The position numbers and the translations under genes were made by a program. Positions 1-10,391 of a stretch of 64,000 bases of DNA are shown piece by piece. A model generated the notes under the pieces. The model was given only the letters and a program-made list of their open reading frames with translations, did no database searches and was not told the origin of the DNA. Source of the DNA: Acidobacteriota bacterium (lineage in GTDB: Bacteria > Acidobacteriota > Vicinamibacteria > Vicinamibacterales > 2-12-FULL-66-21); the NCBI GenBank assembly GCA_046734955.1, contig JBKPSH010000021.1:11968-75967 (forward strand). Direction: 5' to 3'. Positions within the stretch are counted from its first letter, which is position 1; the number at the start of each line of letters is the position of its first letter.

Positions 1-1403
<1,403 letters not shown>

Positions 1404-1409
<6 letters not shown>

Positions 1410-2267
1410 CGCTTGTCCTCCCGCAATCTCCAGCAGTTCCTTGGTGATGTTGCCCTGCCGCAATTTGTTGTATTCCAGCTTGAGGTCCTTGATCAGGTTC
1501 TCTGCGCTGTCGGTGGCGTTCTTCATCGACACCATCCTGGCGCTCTGTTCGCTCGCCTTCGCATTCAGCAGCACGTAATACAGATAGACGTTGAGGTACG
1601 TGTCGACCAGATACGCGAGCAGCGCCTCCGGGCTCGGTTCGAATGTCGGCTCGGCCTCAGACGCCAGCGTGTCTTCCGATTCCGCCCCCGGAACCTGCAG
1701 TCCGACGATCCGTCCGACCGGGAGGAACTCGATCGTCACCGGTTCCTGCGTCAGCGTGTTCACGAACTTCGTCGCAATCAGCTGGACCTGATCGACTTCG
1801 CGTTTCAGGAACATGTCGCGCGCGAGCGAAACAATCGCCCGCGCTTCGGCAAAGGTCGGCGAATCACCGTATGCGAATTCAGCGGCCAGCTGCCGTCCGG
1901 TGCGCGCGACGAACTGCGCCGCTTTGCGTCCGGCGGTGATGAAGACAGTCGTGCGTTGATCGAACTGCGATGCGAGCCGAAAGACGTTCGTGTTCAGCGC
2001 TCCGCACAACCCCTTGTCCGCACCAATCAGCACCACCGCACGTTTGCGAACTTCGCGCGGCTCGAGGAGCGGATGCGTGAATGCGCGCGAGTGGGCCGTC
2101 GCGCTGCGCTGAATGCGATACAGCAGCCGTGCGAATGGCCGTGAATCGAGTGCGGCCTGTTGTGCCTTGCGCATTTTCGACGCGGCGACCATTTGCATCG
2201 CCTTGGTGATCTGCGCGGTGCCGCTGATCGATTTGATCCGGCGTCTGAGATCGCGGGGGCTGTTCAT
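1404..2267 (-). CDS. atpG: F0F1 ATP synthase subunit gamma
   Basis: ORF 1404..2330. The conserved N-terminus MNSPRDLRRRIKSISGTAQITKAMQMVAASKMRKAQ starts at the internal Met (2267). The 21 upstream codons are only a translation of the heptamer repeat. Confidence 0.93.
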
Positions 2268-2284
2268 AAAGGAGTATCGCTTGT

Positions 2285-2382
<98 letters not shown>

Positions 2383-2384
<2 letters not shown>

Positions 2385-3918
2385 ACTTTTTCCACGTCTG
2401 CTTGAATTGATCCGCCGCGCCCTTCACCTCCGCGGTCAGTTCAGGGCTGAGCGCTTTCTGCTCGAGGATCTTTTTCAGCAGCTCGCCCTTCCGCGTGGTC
2501 AGAAAGTCCGTCCACTGCGCTTGAAATTCCTTGATCCGCTCCACCGGCACGTCGTCCACGTAGCCGTTCTGCACCGCCCAGATCACCGCGACCTGGATGT
2601 CGACGGGAATCGGGTTGTATTGCTGCTGCTTGAAGAGCTCGACGATTCGCTTGCCGCGATCGATCTTCCCCTGCGTCGCCGCGTCGAGTTCCGAGCCGAA
2701 CTGCGCGAACGCCGCAAGCTCGCGGAACTGGGCGAGGTCCCCCTTGAGTTGCCCGGCGACCTGCTTCATGGCTTTCAGCTGTGCCGCCGACCCGACGCGC
2801 GAAACGGAAATGCCGACCGAGATCGCTGGTCGCACACCCTGATAGAAGAGATCGGTCTCGAGGAAGATCTGGCCATCGGTGATCGAAATGACGTTGGTGG
2901 GGATGTACGCCGAGACGTCTCCTGCCTGCGTTTCGATGATTGGCAATGCGGTCAACGATCCGTTCCCGAATTGTTCGCCGACCCGCGCCGCGCGCTCGAG
3001 CAACCGGCTGTGCAGGTAGAAGACGTCGCCGGGGTAGGCTTCGCGCCCGGACGGCCGCTTCAACACCAGCGCGACCTGTCGATAGGCGACCGCATGTTTC
3101 GAGAGATCGTCGTAGACAATCAGCGCGTCCATGCCGTTGTCCATGAACCATTCGCCCATGGCGGCACCGGCAAATGGCGCGAGGTACTGACTGGCCGCGG
3201 AATCCGACGCCGGCGAAGACAGGATGATGCTGTAGGGCATCGCGCCTTCCTGTTCGAGCGTGGAAATGATCCGCGCGATCGTCGACTGCTTCTGTCCGAT
3301 CGCCACGTAGATGCAGTACAGTGGTCGATAACTCTTGTCGCCCGCTGCTTCCGCCGCCTTGTTGAGACGCGCCTGGCTGATAATCGTGTCGATACAGATC
3401 GTCGTCTTGCCGGTTGACCGATCGCCGATGATCAGCTCGCGCTGACCGCGGCCGATCGGGATCATCGCGTCGATGGGCATGATTCCCGTTTGAACCGGCT
3501 GACCAATCGGACGGCGCTTGATGATCCCCGGGGCGACCTTCTCGACCGGATAAGACGCGCTGCTCTGGATCGGGCCCTTGCCGTCGAGTGGCTCGCCGAG
3601 GGTATTGACCACGCGGCCGAGCAGCCCTTTGCCAACCGGCACTTGTAGTAAGCGTCCCGTGCCGCGGACTTCGTCACCTTCCTGAAGCTTCGTGTAGTCG
3701 CCGAGAATGATGGCGCCGACTTCCGTCTCGTCGAGGTTCAACGCGAGACCGGTGATGCCGTGACCGAAGTCAAGCATCTCGTTCAGCATCGCATCGCCAA
3801 GGCCTTCAATCTTTGCGACACCATCGCCGATTTCACGGATGACGCCGATGGTGTGTCTGGCGGCCGCCGCCTTCGCGCCCGCGATTTGTTGTTCGATTTC
3901 CCGTAGCAGGTCAACCAT
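2383..3918 (-). CDS. atpA: F0F1 ATP synthase subunit alpha
   Basis: 511-aa ORF with Walker A GDRSTGKT and typical alpha-subunit sequence throughout (…[13 protein letters not shown]…, …[10 protein letters not shown]…). Confidence 0.96.
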
Positions 3919-3925
3919 GTCTGTC

Positions 3926-4318
3926 CTAGAGCTTCGAAGCCAGCGCCGTCAATTTCGCCCGGATGCTGCCGTCGTACACGTCGCTTCCGACTCTGATGCG
4001 GATGCCGCCAATCAGTTCCGGGTTCTCTCCGAACGACATTTCGAGCGTCTCGCCGTACGTACGCGCGAGGCCGCTCTGAACCGCGTGGCGCAGGTTTTCC
4101 GCCAGCGGCGTGGCGCTTTCCACGACGGCTGTATGCCGGTCGCGCTCTATCCGCACCAGCCGCTGGAAGTCTGAGAGGACGCGGAGTGAGCCGCGATGCC
4201 GCGAGCTGGCCAGGGTGCGCGCAACCTGCCGTGTGCGTTCCTCGTTCAACACCCCATCGACGAGACACAGCCGGAACAGCCCTCGCGCCGTGCGTTTAAC
4301 CTTCTTGTTGGTTCGCAT
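3926..4318 (-). CDS. atpH: F0F1 ATP synthase subunit delta (OSCP), short form
   Basis: ORF 3926..4378. C-terminal OSCP-like motif [21 protein letters not shown] and position between atpF and atpA. The start is placed at the internal Met (4318), downstream of the atpF stop at 4344. Confidence 0.8.
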   Translation of the reverse strand: MRTNKKVKRTARGLFRLCLVDGVLNEERTRQVARTLASSRHRGSLRVLSDFQRLVRIERDRHTAVVESATPLAENLRHAVQSGLARTYGETLEMSFGENPELIGGIRIRVGSDVYDGSIRAKLTALASKL

Positions 4319-4343
4319 CCTGTTCTCTCGGGGTTTACCCTTC

Positions 4344-4889
4344 TCACATCGCGAGTTGCGCGGTGGTCTCCTCGGCAAGGCGACGATGATCTTCCGCGGT
4401 CAAGATCTTGCCTGTCACCGACGCCGTCGTCTGCACGACAAGGCGTCCAACCTCGTGTTTCAACTCGGCGAGCATGCGCGCGTGATCCCGCTCGGTTGCT
4501 TCCCGCGCCCGCGCGAGGATTTGTTCGGCCGATGCCAGCGCCTTCTGCGTCTCTTCGGTCTGCACCCGCGCCGCGGCTTGCCGGGCTTCGTCGATCAGCC
4601 GTTTCCCTTCGTCGCCGGCCCTGGTCAAAACCGCCTGCCGTTCCGATTCAATGCGCGCGAGCTCCGCTTTGATCTTTTCGGCGTTGGCAAGTCCGGCCGC
4701 GATCTGCTGGCGGCGCGCTTCGAGGATTTGCAGGATCGGTTTGTACGCAAACGCGTAAAGGACCCCGCACACGATCGCGAAGCTGATGCTCTGCGAAATC
4801 AGGTGCGGCCAGTCAACGCCAAATGTGCGCGCGATCTCTCCGAGCCGTCCGCCGCTTTCCGCTGCGGTCTGCATCGCAAGAACCAGCAT
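4344..4889 (-). CDS. atpF: F0F1 ATP synthase subunit b
   Basis: 181-aa ORF with one N-terminal TM helix followed by a long charged Ala/Glu/Arg-rich helix. Positioned between atpE and atpH. Confidence 0.88.
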   Translation of the reverse strand: MLVLAMQTAAESGGRLGEIARTFGVDWPHLISQSISFAIVCGVLYAFAYKPILQILEARRQQIAAGLANAEKIKAELARIESERQAVLTRAGDEGKRLIDEARQAAARVQTEETQKALASAEQILARAREATERDHARMLAELKHEVGRLVVQTTASVTGKILTAEDHRRLAEETTAQLAM

Positions 4890-4934
4890 GTTCGCTACTC
4901 CATCCGAGTCTCTTTGGTCCGGCGAGGCCGCCGA

Positions 4935-5123
4935 TCAGCGGACGAGGAACAACGCGTAGAACACGATCGCTTCCGCGAAGGCGATGGCCAGAATCGACTG
5001 GACCATGACCTTTGTCGACGAACCGGGATTGCGTCCCACAGCCGTCGACGCGCCCATGCCGATGAGCCCAACGCCGATCGCCGCACCCAGAGCTGCCAGG
5101 CCCACGTGTAAGCTTCCGGTCAT
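4935..5123 (-). CDS. atpE: F0F1 ATP synthase subunit c
   Basis: 62-aa hairpin proteolipid MTGSLHVGLAALGAAIGVGLIGMGAS...AIAFAEAIVFYALFLVR, with the conserved carboxylate (E) in helix 2. Confidence 0.92.
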   Translation of the reverse strand: MTGSLHVGLAALGAAIGVGLIGMGASTAVGRNPGSSTKVMVQSILAIAFAEAIVFYALFLVR

Positions 5124-5145
5124 CGCCTTATCCTTTCCATATTGA

Positions 5146-5242
5146 TTCCGGGTTCCGTTACCCGGGTTCCGGGATCCGCGATCCGGGATCCGATCCGTGT
5201 TTCATCCGTGTTAATCCGTGGCCCGTGTTCATCCGTGATTAG
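5146..5242. repeat. composite GGATCC-module plus CCGTGTTNAT-module element
   Basis: Sequence is TTCCGGGTTCCGTTACCCGGGTTCCGGGATCCGCGATCCGGGATCCGATCCGTGTTTCATCCGTGTTAATCCGTGGCCCGTGTTCATCCGTG. It is near-identical to the reverse complement of 41741-41814 and fills the atpB-atpE spacer. Confidence 0.9.
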
Positions 5243-6051
5243 TGGCCGTCTGCGACTCCTGGTCGCGGTTCCTCGTGATGGCAAATCAGCAGTGTGAACA
5301 CAGCGGTCAGCAGCATGAAGACCATCGCCTGCACGAGACCGACGAGGAGTTCCATGAAGTAAAACGGGATCGGCAGCAGCCACCCGAGTCCCGGAACCAT
5401 CCGCGACATCGTTTCGAGCATGTTCTCGCCGGCGAAGATGTTGCCGTAAAGCCGGAAACTCAACGAGATCGGGCGAAAGAGAATCGACACGATCTCGAGC
5501 AATCCCGCGGCGAGAAACACCGCCGTCATCAGGACTCGCATCACCCCGGTTGCGTCCCCCTTCATTCCGAAGAGCTCCTTCGCCACACCGCGGACGCCGA
5601 CTTCCTGAAGCGCCCAGACAATCCAGCAGCCGAAAAAGATCAGCGCCATTGCCAGCGTGAGATTGAGATCCGCGTTGGCGCCGCGGAGCAGCGGCTCCTC
5701 GATCACGAAGCCATGCGAAGACTGGTGACCCCATCCGATTGTTCCGACCCCGGGGATCAGGCCGAACCAGTTCGCCGCGAGAATGAAGATGAAGATCGAA
5801 CCGAAGAACCAGAACGTCTTCTTCACGAGGTGCGCGCCGATGATGCTTTCAAGCAGGCCGTAAAGCGATTCGACCAGCCATTCGAGCAGGTTCTGAGCGC
5901 CCGATGGCACCTGGTTCATGCTGCGGGTTGCCAGCCGCGCAAACACGATCAGGCCGAGCGCCACGACCCACGTCACGACCATCGAATTGGTAATCGGGAA
6001 TCCGAACGGCCGTGCGATCTCTACGGCGCTCTGAGACAGACCGTGTTCCAT
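5239..6051 (-). CDS. atpB: F0F1 ATP synthase subunit a
   Basis: ORF 5239..6108, a multi-TM protein with the subunit-a signature region LSFRLYGNIFAGE. The start is probably Met at 6051 (MEHGLSQSAVEI...). Confidence 0.9.
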   Translation of the reverse strand: MEHGLSQSAVEIARPFGFPITNSMVVTWVVALGLIVFARLATRSMNQVPSGAQNLLEWLVESLYGLLESIIGAHLVKKTFWFFGSIFIFILAANWFGLIPGVGTIGWGHQSSHGFVIEEPLLRGANADLNLTLAMALIFFGCWIVWALQEVGVRGVAKELFGMKGDATGVMRVLMTAVFLAAGLLEIVSILFRPISLSFRLYGNIFAGENMLETMSRMVPGLGWLLPIPFYFMELLVGLVQAMVFMLLTAVFTLLICHHEEPRPGVADGH

Positions 6052-6290
6052 GGCGATGAGACGCGGACAGCACGGCTTGTGCCACCAGCGATCAATGGTG
6101 CAAAGCATCGCCGGCCACGGAATCCAATGACGACGCCGGAGCCGTCCGCCACGACCTCCCGGCGGCGCGCTCCGCTATGCCGTAGGTTCTCCGTGATAGC
6201 GGAGATGGACGACCGACGTTGAACCTCGGAGCCTCTGCCAAACCGTTGTCGTAGCTTCGATCTCGCCCGATCGACGGTGGCTGCCGACGC

Positions 6291-6306
6291 TGGTACATGT
6301 GGTGCA
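6291..6306 (+). promoter_or_regulatory. candidate sigma-54 promoter (TGGTAC-N5-GTGCA)
   Basis: The GG and GC dinucleotides have the canonical 10-nt separation. The motif lies 35 nt upstream of ATG 6341 (SD GAAGGGA). The downstream operon ends in a sigma-54 activator gene. Confidence 0.35.
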
Positions 6307-6340
6307 CTGGCCCGGAGGACCTGCTGAAGGGAGCCAGCCA

Positions 6341-6916
6341 ATGAGCCTGCGACATACCACACCGGGGGGACTGGTCTGCGCCACGTTTTTGATTGCCGCC
6401 TCGACGCTCTTTGCGCAGAGTGCGGCGCGCGAGAAATTCACCGCGACCGCTTCGGTCAAGGGCGCGGGAGGCGCGGAGGCCACCGCGCCCGTCACGCTGA
6501 CTGTTGACCACAAGATGTCGCAGGCCGAGTCGGACAAACTGCTCGCCGCCTTCAAGTCCGGCGGTGCCGCCGGATTCCGCAAGGCGCTGACCGGCATCGC
6601 TCCGACCGGTTCGGTCAAGATTGGCGCAGGGAAAGAGACTCCCACACGCGTCACTGTCGAACGTACGACCGACAAGGGCCGGCTCCTGACGATGGTGACC
6701 GACCGTCCTGTGCTGTTCCTCGGGGCCGGCGTTCCAGGCGCAAAGCCAAAAGCTGGCTACGACTTCGCCGTCATCGACCTCGAAATTGACGCAAAGGGCG
6801 CGGGGTCCGGCACGATTGCTCCCGCCGCAAAGGTCGCCGTCAAGGACGGAGCCTTTGTCGTTGAGGACTACGGCGGGGAAGTCGTGCGCCTGACCAAGGT
6901 CGCTCCTTCGAAATAG
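6341..6916 (+). CDS. hypothetical secreted protein
   Basis: ORF 6299..6916. Internal ATG 6341 is preceded by GAAGGGA, and MSLRHTTPGGLVCATFLIAASTLFAQS looks like a signal peptide. I do not recognise a family. The gene lies 18 nt upstream of the sigma-54 activator gene. Confidence 0.7.
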   Translation: MSLRHTTPGGLVCATFLIAASTLFAQSAAREKFTATASVKGAGGAEATAPVTLTVDHKMSQAESDKLLAAFKSGGAAGFRKALTGIAPTGSVKIGAGKETPTRVTVERTTDKGRLLTMVTDRPVLFLGAGVPGAKPKAGYDFAVIDLEIDAKGAGSGTIAPAAKVAVKDGAFVVEDYGGEVVRLTKVAPSK

Positions 6917-6934
6917 CCAACCCGGAGTTCGGCT

Positions 6935-8875
6935 GTGAAACGTGACGGCATCGACACGTCCGTGATCTATCAGCTCGCGCTGGAAGTCTCGCCGAGCGGC
7001 ATCATGGTCGTGGAGCCGGACGGAACGATCGCGATGGTCAACCGCGAGCTCGAGCGCCAGTTTGCCTACTCCCGCGACGAACTGATCGGACGTTCCGTCG
7101 AGATGCTGCTGCCTGAGGCGTCCCGCCTCGCGCTCGGGAACATTCGTGAAGGAGACCTCCGTTCGTCGGGCACAGGCGCGATGGCCCTTACCCAGGAGCT
7201 GCGCGGCCGGCGAAAGGACGGAGATGAAATCGACGTCGAGGTCAGCCTGAGTCCGCTCCCCACCGCCGACGGTTTTGTCCTGCTTGCGTCCATCGTCGAC
7301 GTCACCGAGCGCCGCCACGGCGAGCGCGCCGACGCCGTGTCACTGGAAGAGCAGGTCGAGTTCGAGCGATCGATCGCGGAGTTGTCGGGAAAATTCATCA
7401 ACGTCCCGGTCGATCAGATCGGGGCGACGATTGGTGAAGGTCTCGGTCGCATAGGTGCGCAGCTCGGCATCGATCGGAGTGCGTTCTGTAAGTTCACCTC
7501 TGACGGAACCCTGACCGAAATGACGGCGTGGTCCGCTCCGGGCGGTCCCCCGCTAGACGCAAGCACGACGGAGGCGCGGCAGTTTCCGTGGGGGCTGTCG
7601 CGGATTGCGGCCGGTGAAGTCATTCACTATTCGTCACGCGACGAGATTGCATCAGAGTCCGAACGCGAAAGTTTCCGGTCCCTCGGTGAGACAGCTGTCG
7701 TCCTCCCGCTGACGGTCGGAGGACACGTGAAGGGTGCAGTATGTTTCGCGTCGCTCGTCGAGCGAACGTGGGTCGCTGCCGCTCTACACCGCCTGACGGT
7801 GGTGGCTACGGTTTTTGCACAGGTCGTCGCCCGGCAGGAACGGGAAGAAGCGGCGCGGGCAGCTGCCGCCGAAGCGCAAAGACTCAAGGATCAACTGCAG
7901 GTTGAGAACGTCTACCTCAGACAGGAAGCGCGTGAGCGTCTCGGTATCACTCGGATCGTGGGCCAGAGTGCCGCCCTGCGACGCGTCCTCGACCAGATTC
8001 AGCAAGTGGCGGCAACTGATTCAACCGTGCTCCTGCTTGGCGAAACTGGAACCGGCAAGGAACTGTTCGCGACGCAGATTCACGAACTCGGACCGCGCCG
8101 CCACCGATCGATGGTGCGCGTCAATTGCGCGGCGATTCCGCCTACTCTCATCGAAAGCGAACTGTTCGGCCGTGAAAAGGGGGCGTTCACCGGCGCTCTG
8201 GCCAGGCAGATCGGACGCTTCGAGATGGCCGATCACTCGACCATCTTTCTCGACGAGATCGGCGATCTCCCGCTCGACGTGCAGGTGAAGCTGCTTCGTG
8301 TGCTGGAAGAGCGCACGATCGAACGGCTGGGGAGCCCACAGCCGATCCGCGTCGATGTGCGCATTATCGCTGCCACCCACCGGGATCTCGAACGCCGCGT
8401 CAGCGAAGGTGCGTTCCGCGAAGACCTTTATTACCGTCTGAACGTGTTTCCGATCCCCGTCCCGCCATTACGCGAACGCGCCGAAGATATTCCGCTCCTG
8501 GTGTGGCGCTTCGTCGAGGAATTCTCGAAGGCATTCGGCCGGCGCATCGACAGCATCGACAAGCAAACGCTCGCAGCACTTGGCCAGTATGCATGGCCGG
8601 GCAACATCCGAGAGCTTCGAAACGTGGTCGAACGCGCCATGATCGTCGTGACCGGGCACAAGCTGTCGATCACACCGCCGCACTCTTCACCCGCCGCAAC
8701 CCGGCGCAGCCCGAAACTCGTGGACGTTGAGAAGGAGCACATCCGCGCAGTGCTGGAGGCTACCGCCTGGCGCATTCGCGGGACCGGTGGCGCGGCGGAT
8801 CGGCTCGGCCTCAAACCAACCACGCTCGAGACAAGAATGGCAAAACTTGGATTAAAGCGACCGGGACACGCCTGA
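6935..8875 (+). CDS. sigma-54-dependent transcriptional activator (PAS-GAF-AAA+-HTH)
   Basis: 646-aa ORF with Walker A GETGTGKE, the sigma-54 contact motif GAFTGA and a C-terminal Fis-type HTH (AADRLGLKPTTLETRMAKLGL). The N-terminal region is PAS-like followed by GAF-like. Confidence 0.92.
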   Translation: MKRDGIDTSVIYQLALEVSPSGIMVVEPDGTIAMVNRELERQFAYSRDELIGRSVEMLLPEASRLALGNIREGDLRSSGTGAMALTQELRGRRKDGDEIDVEVSLSPLPTADGFVLLASIVDVTERRHGERADAVSLEEQVEFERSIAELSGKFINVPVDQIGATIGEGLGRIGAQLGIDRSAFCKFTSDGTLTEMTAWSAPGGPPLDASTTEARQFPWGLSRIAAGEVIHYSSRDEIASESERESFRSLGETAVVLPLTVGGHVKGAVCFASLVERTWVAAALHRLTVVATVFAQVVARQEREEAARAAAAEAQRLKDQLQVENVYLRQEARERLGITRIVGQSAALRRVLDQIQQVAATDSTVLLLGETGTGKELFATQIHELGPRRHRSMVRVNCAAIPPTLIESELFGREKGAFTGALARQIGRFEMADHSTIFLDEIGDLPLDVQVKLLRVLEERTIERLGSPQPIRVDVRIIAATHRDLERRVSEGAFREDLYYRLNVFPIPVPPLRERAEDIPLLVWRFVEEFSKAFGRRIDSIDKQTLAALGQYAWPGNIRELRNVVERAMIVVTGHKLSITPPHSSPAATRRSPKLVDVEKEHIRAVLEATAWRIRGTGGAADRLGLKPTTLETRMAKLGLKRPGHA

Positions 8876-9036
8876 TGAAGATGCACCGAAGTCGTACGGG
8901 AGCCTCCGGGATGCCGTGGATCCTCTGGGGTGATGGGGATCCATCGCGGGTTCGCCCATATTCCTATTCGCTCCAAACCGTTCATCTCACAACGCTAAGC
9001 CATGGCGACCAGCTCCTGAATGAGTTGGAACAGGCG

Positions 9037-9378
9037 ATGCTACCCCCGCCCACTATGGTGCGGCTCACCGTCGCGCTCAGTGCTGCGTCTATCCGTGGTG
9101 CCGACGACCTGCTGGAAGCATTTCATTTTCTTGTAGTTGGAACGCGGCTCGAGCGCGGCTGCCTTGGTTGCTCTACGTGGATTGATCCGGATTCAACGGT
9201 GCACTACGTCGAGGAGTGGGCGACCGAAGAGGATATCCGGGCGCGTGTTCGATCGGACCGGTTCACGTCACTTCTCGCGATCGTCGAGTCGGCGAGGGAA
9301 GCCAACGTTCATTTTGATTTCGTCACCAAGACGCGCGGCCTTGAATACGTGGCCGAGGTCCGGAGCGAAAGTGTCTGA
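9037..9378 (+). CDS. ABM (antibiotic biosynthesis monooxygenase-like) domain protein
   Basis: ORF 8875..9378. The domain-like part starts at Met 9037 (MLPPPTMVRLTV...). The pattern ...HYVEEWATEEDIRARVRSDRF... resembles the ferredoxin-like ABM fold. The call is tentative. Confidence 0.5.
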   Translation: MLPPPTMVRLTVALSAASIRGADDLLEAFHFLVVGTRLERGCLGCSTWIDPDSTVHYVEEWATEEDIRARVRSDRFTSLLAIVESAREANVHFDFVTKTRGLEYVAEVRSESV

Positions 9379-9407
9379 CGCGGCGAGTACAGACTCAGGT
9401 AGAAGCT

Positions 9408-10184
9408 ATGAAGAACAAGGAGTACGAAAAGGAACTGCGAAAACTGCAGGTGCGCCTTTGTCACCTTCAAGAATGGGTGAAAGAGGCGGGCCTGCGGGTT
9501 GTCATCCTGTTCGAGGGACGCGACGGAGCCGGAAAGGGTGGCACGATTCGCGCCCTGACGGAGCGACTCAGCCCGCGGACCTTCCGTGTTGTCGCACTTC
9601 CGGCCCCCTCGGATCGCGAGAAGACGCAGGTCTACATGCAGCGATACCTGCAGCAGTTTCCGGCGAGGGGAGAAGTCGTCATCTTCGATCGGAGCTGGTA
9701 TAACCGCGCCGGTGTCGAACACGTCATGGGATTCTGCACGGACAAGCAGCACAAGCGATTCCTGCAGCTCGTTCCGCAGCTCGAGACATTTCTCGTCGAC
9801 GGCGGAACCATCCTTATCAAGATTTGGATGGAAGTGAGCAATCAGGAGCAGAAGCGCCGGTTTGAAGCTCGAATCGAGGATCCGGTGCGGCAGTGGAAGT
9901 TGAGCCCGATGGACCTGCCGTCACGAACCAAGTGGTACGAGTACTCACGCGCGCGCGACCTGATGCTGAAGCACACTGACACGCGCAAGGCCCCCTGGAC
10001 GATTGTCCCATCGGACGATAAGAAGACGGCGCGTCTGAATACGATCGCACATATTCTCGACGCCATTCCGTATAAGAAGGTGTCTCGCAAAAAAGTGAAG
10101 CTGCCTGCCCGGTCGATGAAGCACGCCTATGACGACGCCGTGTCGCTCAAGGGACGACGGTTCGTGAAGGCTCGTTATCAGTGA
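9408..10184 (+). CDS. ppk2: polyphosphate kinase 2
   Basis: 258-aa ORF with the P-loop region ILFEGRDGAGKGGTI and the conserved ...IFDRSWYNRAGVE... and ...WKLSPMD... PPK2 motifs. Confidence 0.9.
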   Translation: MKNKEYEKELRKLQVRLCHLQEWVKEAGLRVVILFEGRDGAGKGGTIRALTERLSPRTFRVVALPAPSDREKTQVYMQRYLQQFPARGEVVIFDRSWYNRAGVEHVMGFCTDKQHKRFLQLVPQLETFLVDGGTILIKIWMEVSNQEQKRRFEARIEDPVRQWKLSPMDLPSRTKWYEYSRARDLMLKHTDTRKAPWTIVPSDDKKTARLNTIAHILDAIPYKKVSRKKVKLPARSMKHAYDDAVSLKGRRFVKARYQ

Positions 10185-10391
10185 GCCGGCCGTTCGGAAT
10201 GAGCTTCTCGAGTCCGCCGGCGTACCCCACGTAACCCACGATCGCCACCGGCTCTCCCCGATTTATTACGCCATCAACCTCGCTGATGTAGCGAGGGGAT
10301 CGATCGTCGGTGACCTTCCACCTCGAAATTACGCTCTCACGACTATAGGATGTAACGCCGGGAGTGTCCTGACATCCGTGAATTTGCTCGC

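Noticed and set aside
6092-7318. A 408-aa minus-strand ORF overlaps the secreted-protein gene and the sigma-54 activator gene.
   Set aside because: It is antisense to two genes with clear motifs and its composition is Arg/Gly/Asp-rich with low complexity. Long antisense ORFs are expected in high-GC DNA. The same reasoning applies to 55409..56467, 35556..36374, 15585..16304, 19888..20550 and similar track entries.
8875-9036. The N-terminal 54 codons of ORF 8875..9378.
   Set aside because: They show no domain-like sequence. The ABM-like fold starts near Met 9037, so the region is more likely a 5' leader. I also looked here for a sigma-54 motif, but TGGAACAGGCGATGC overlaps the start codon itself.
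10185-10391. A possible minus-strand gene remnant (…RWKVTDDRSPRYISEVDGVINRGEPVAIVGYVGYAGGLEKLIPNG…) in the ppk2 to membrane-protein spacer.
   Set aside because: The frame has no credible start codon, overlaps both neighbouring genes and matches no family I recognise. A similarity search could reveal a pseudogene.
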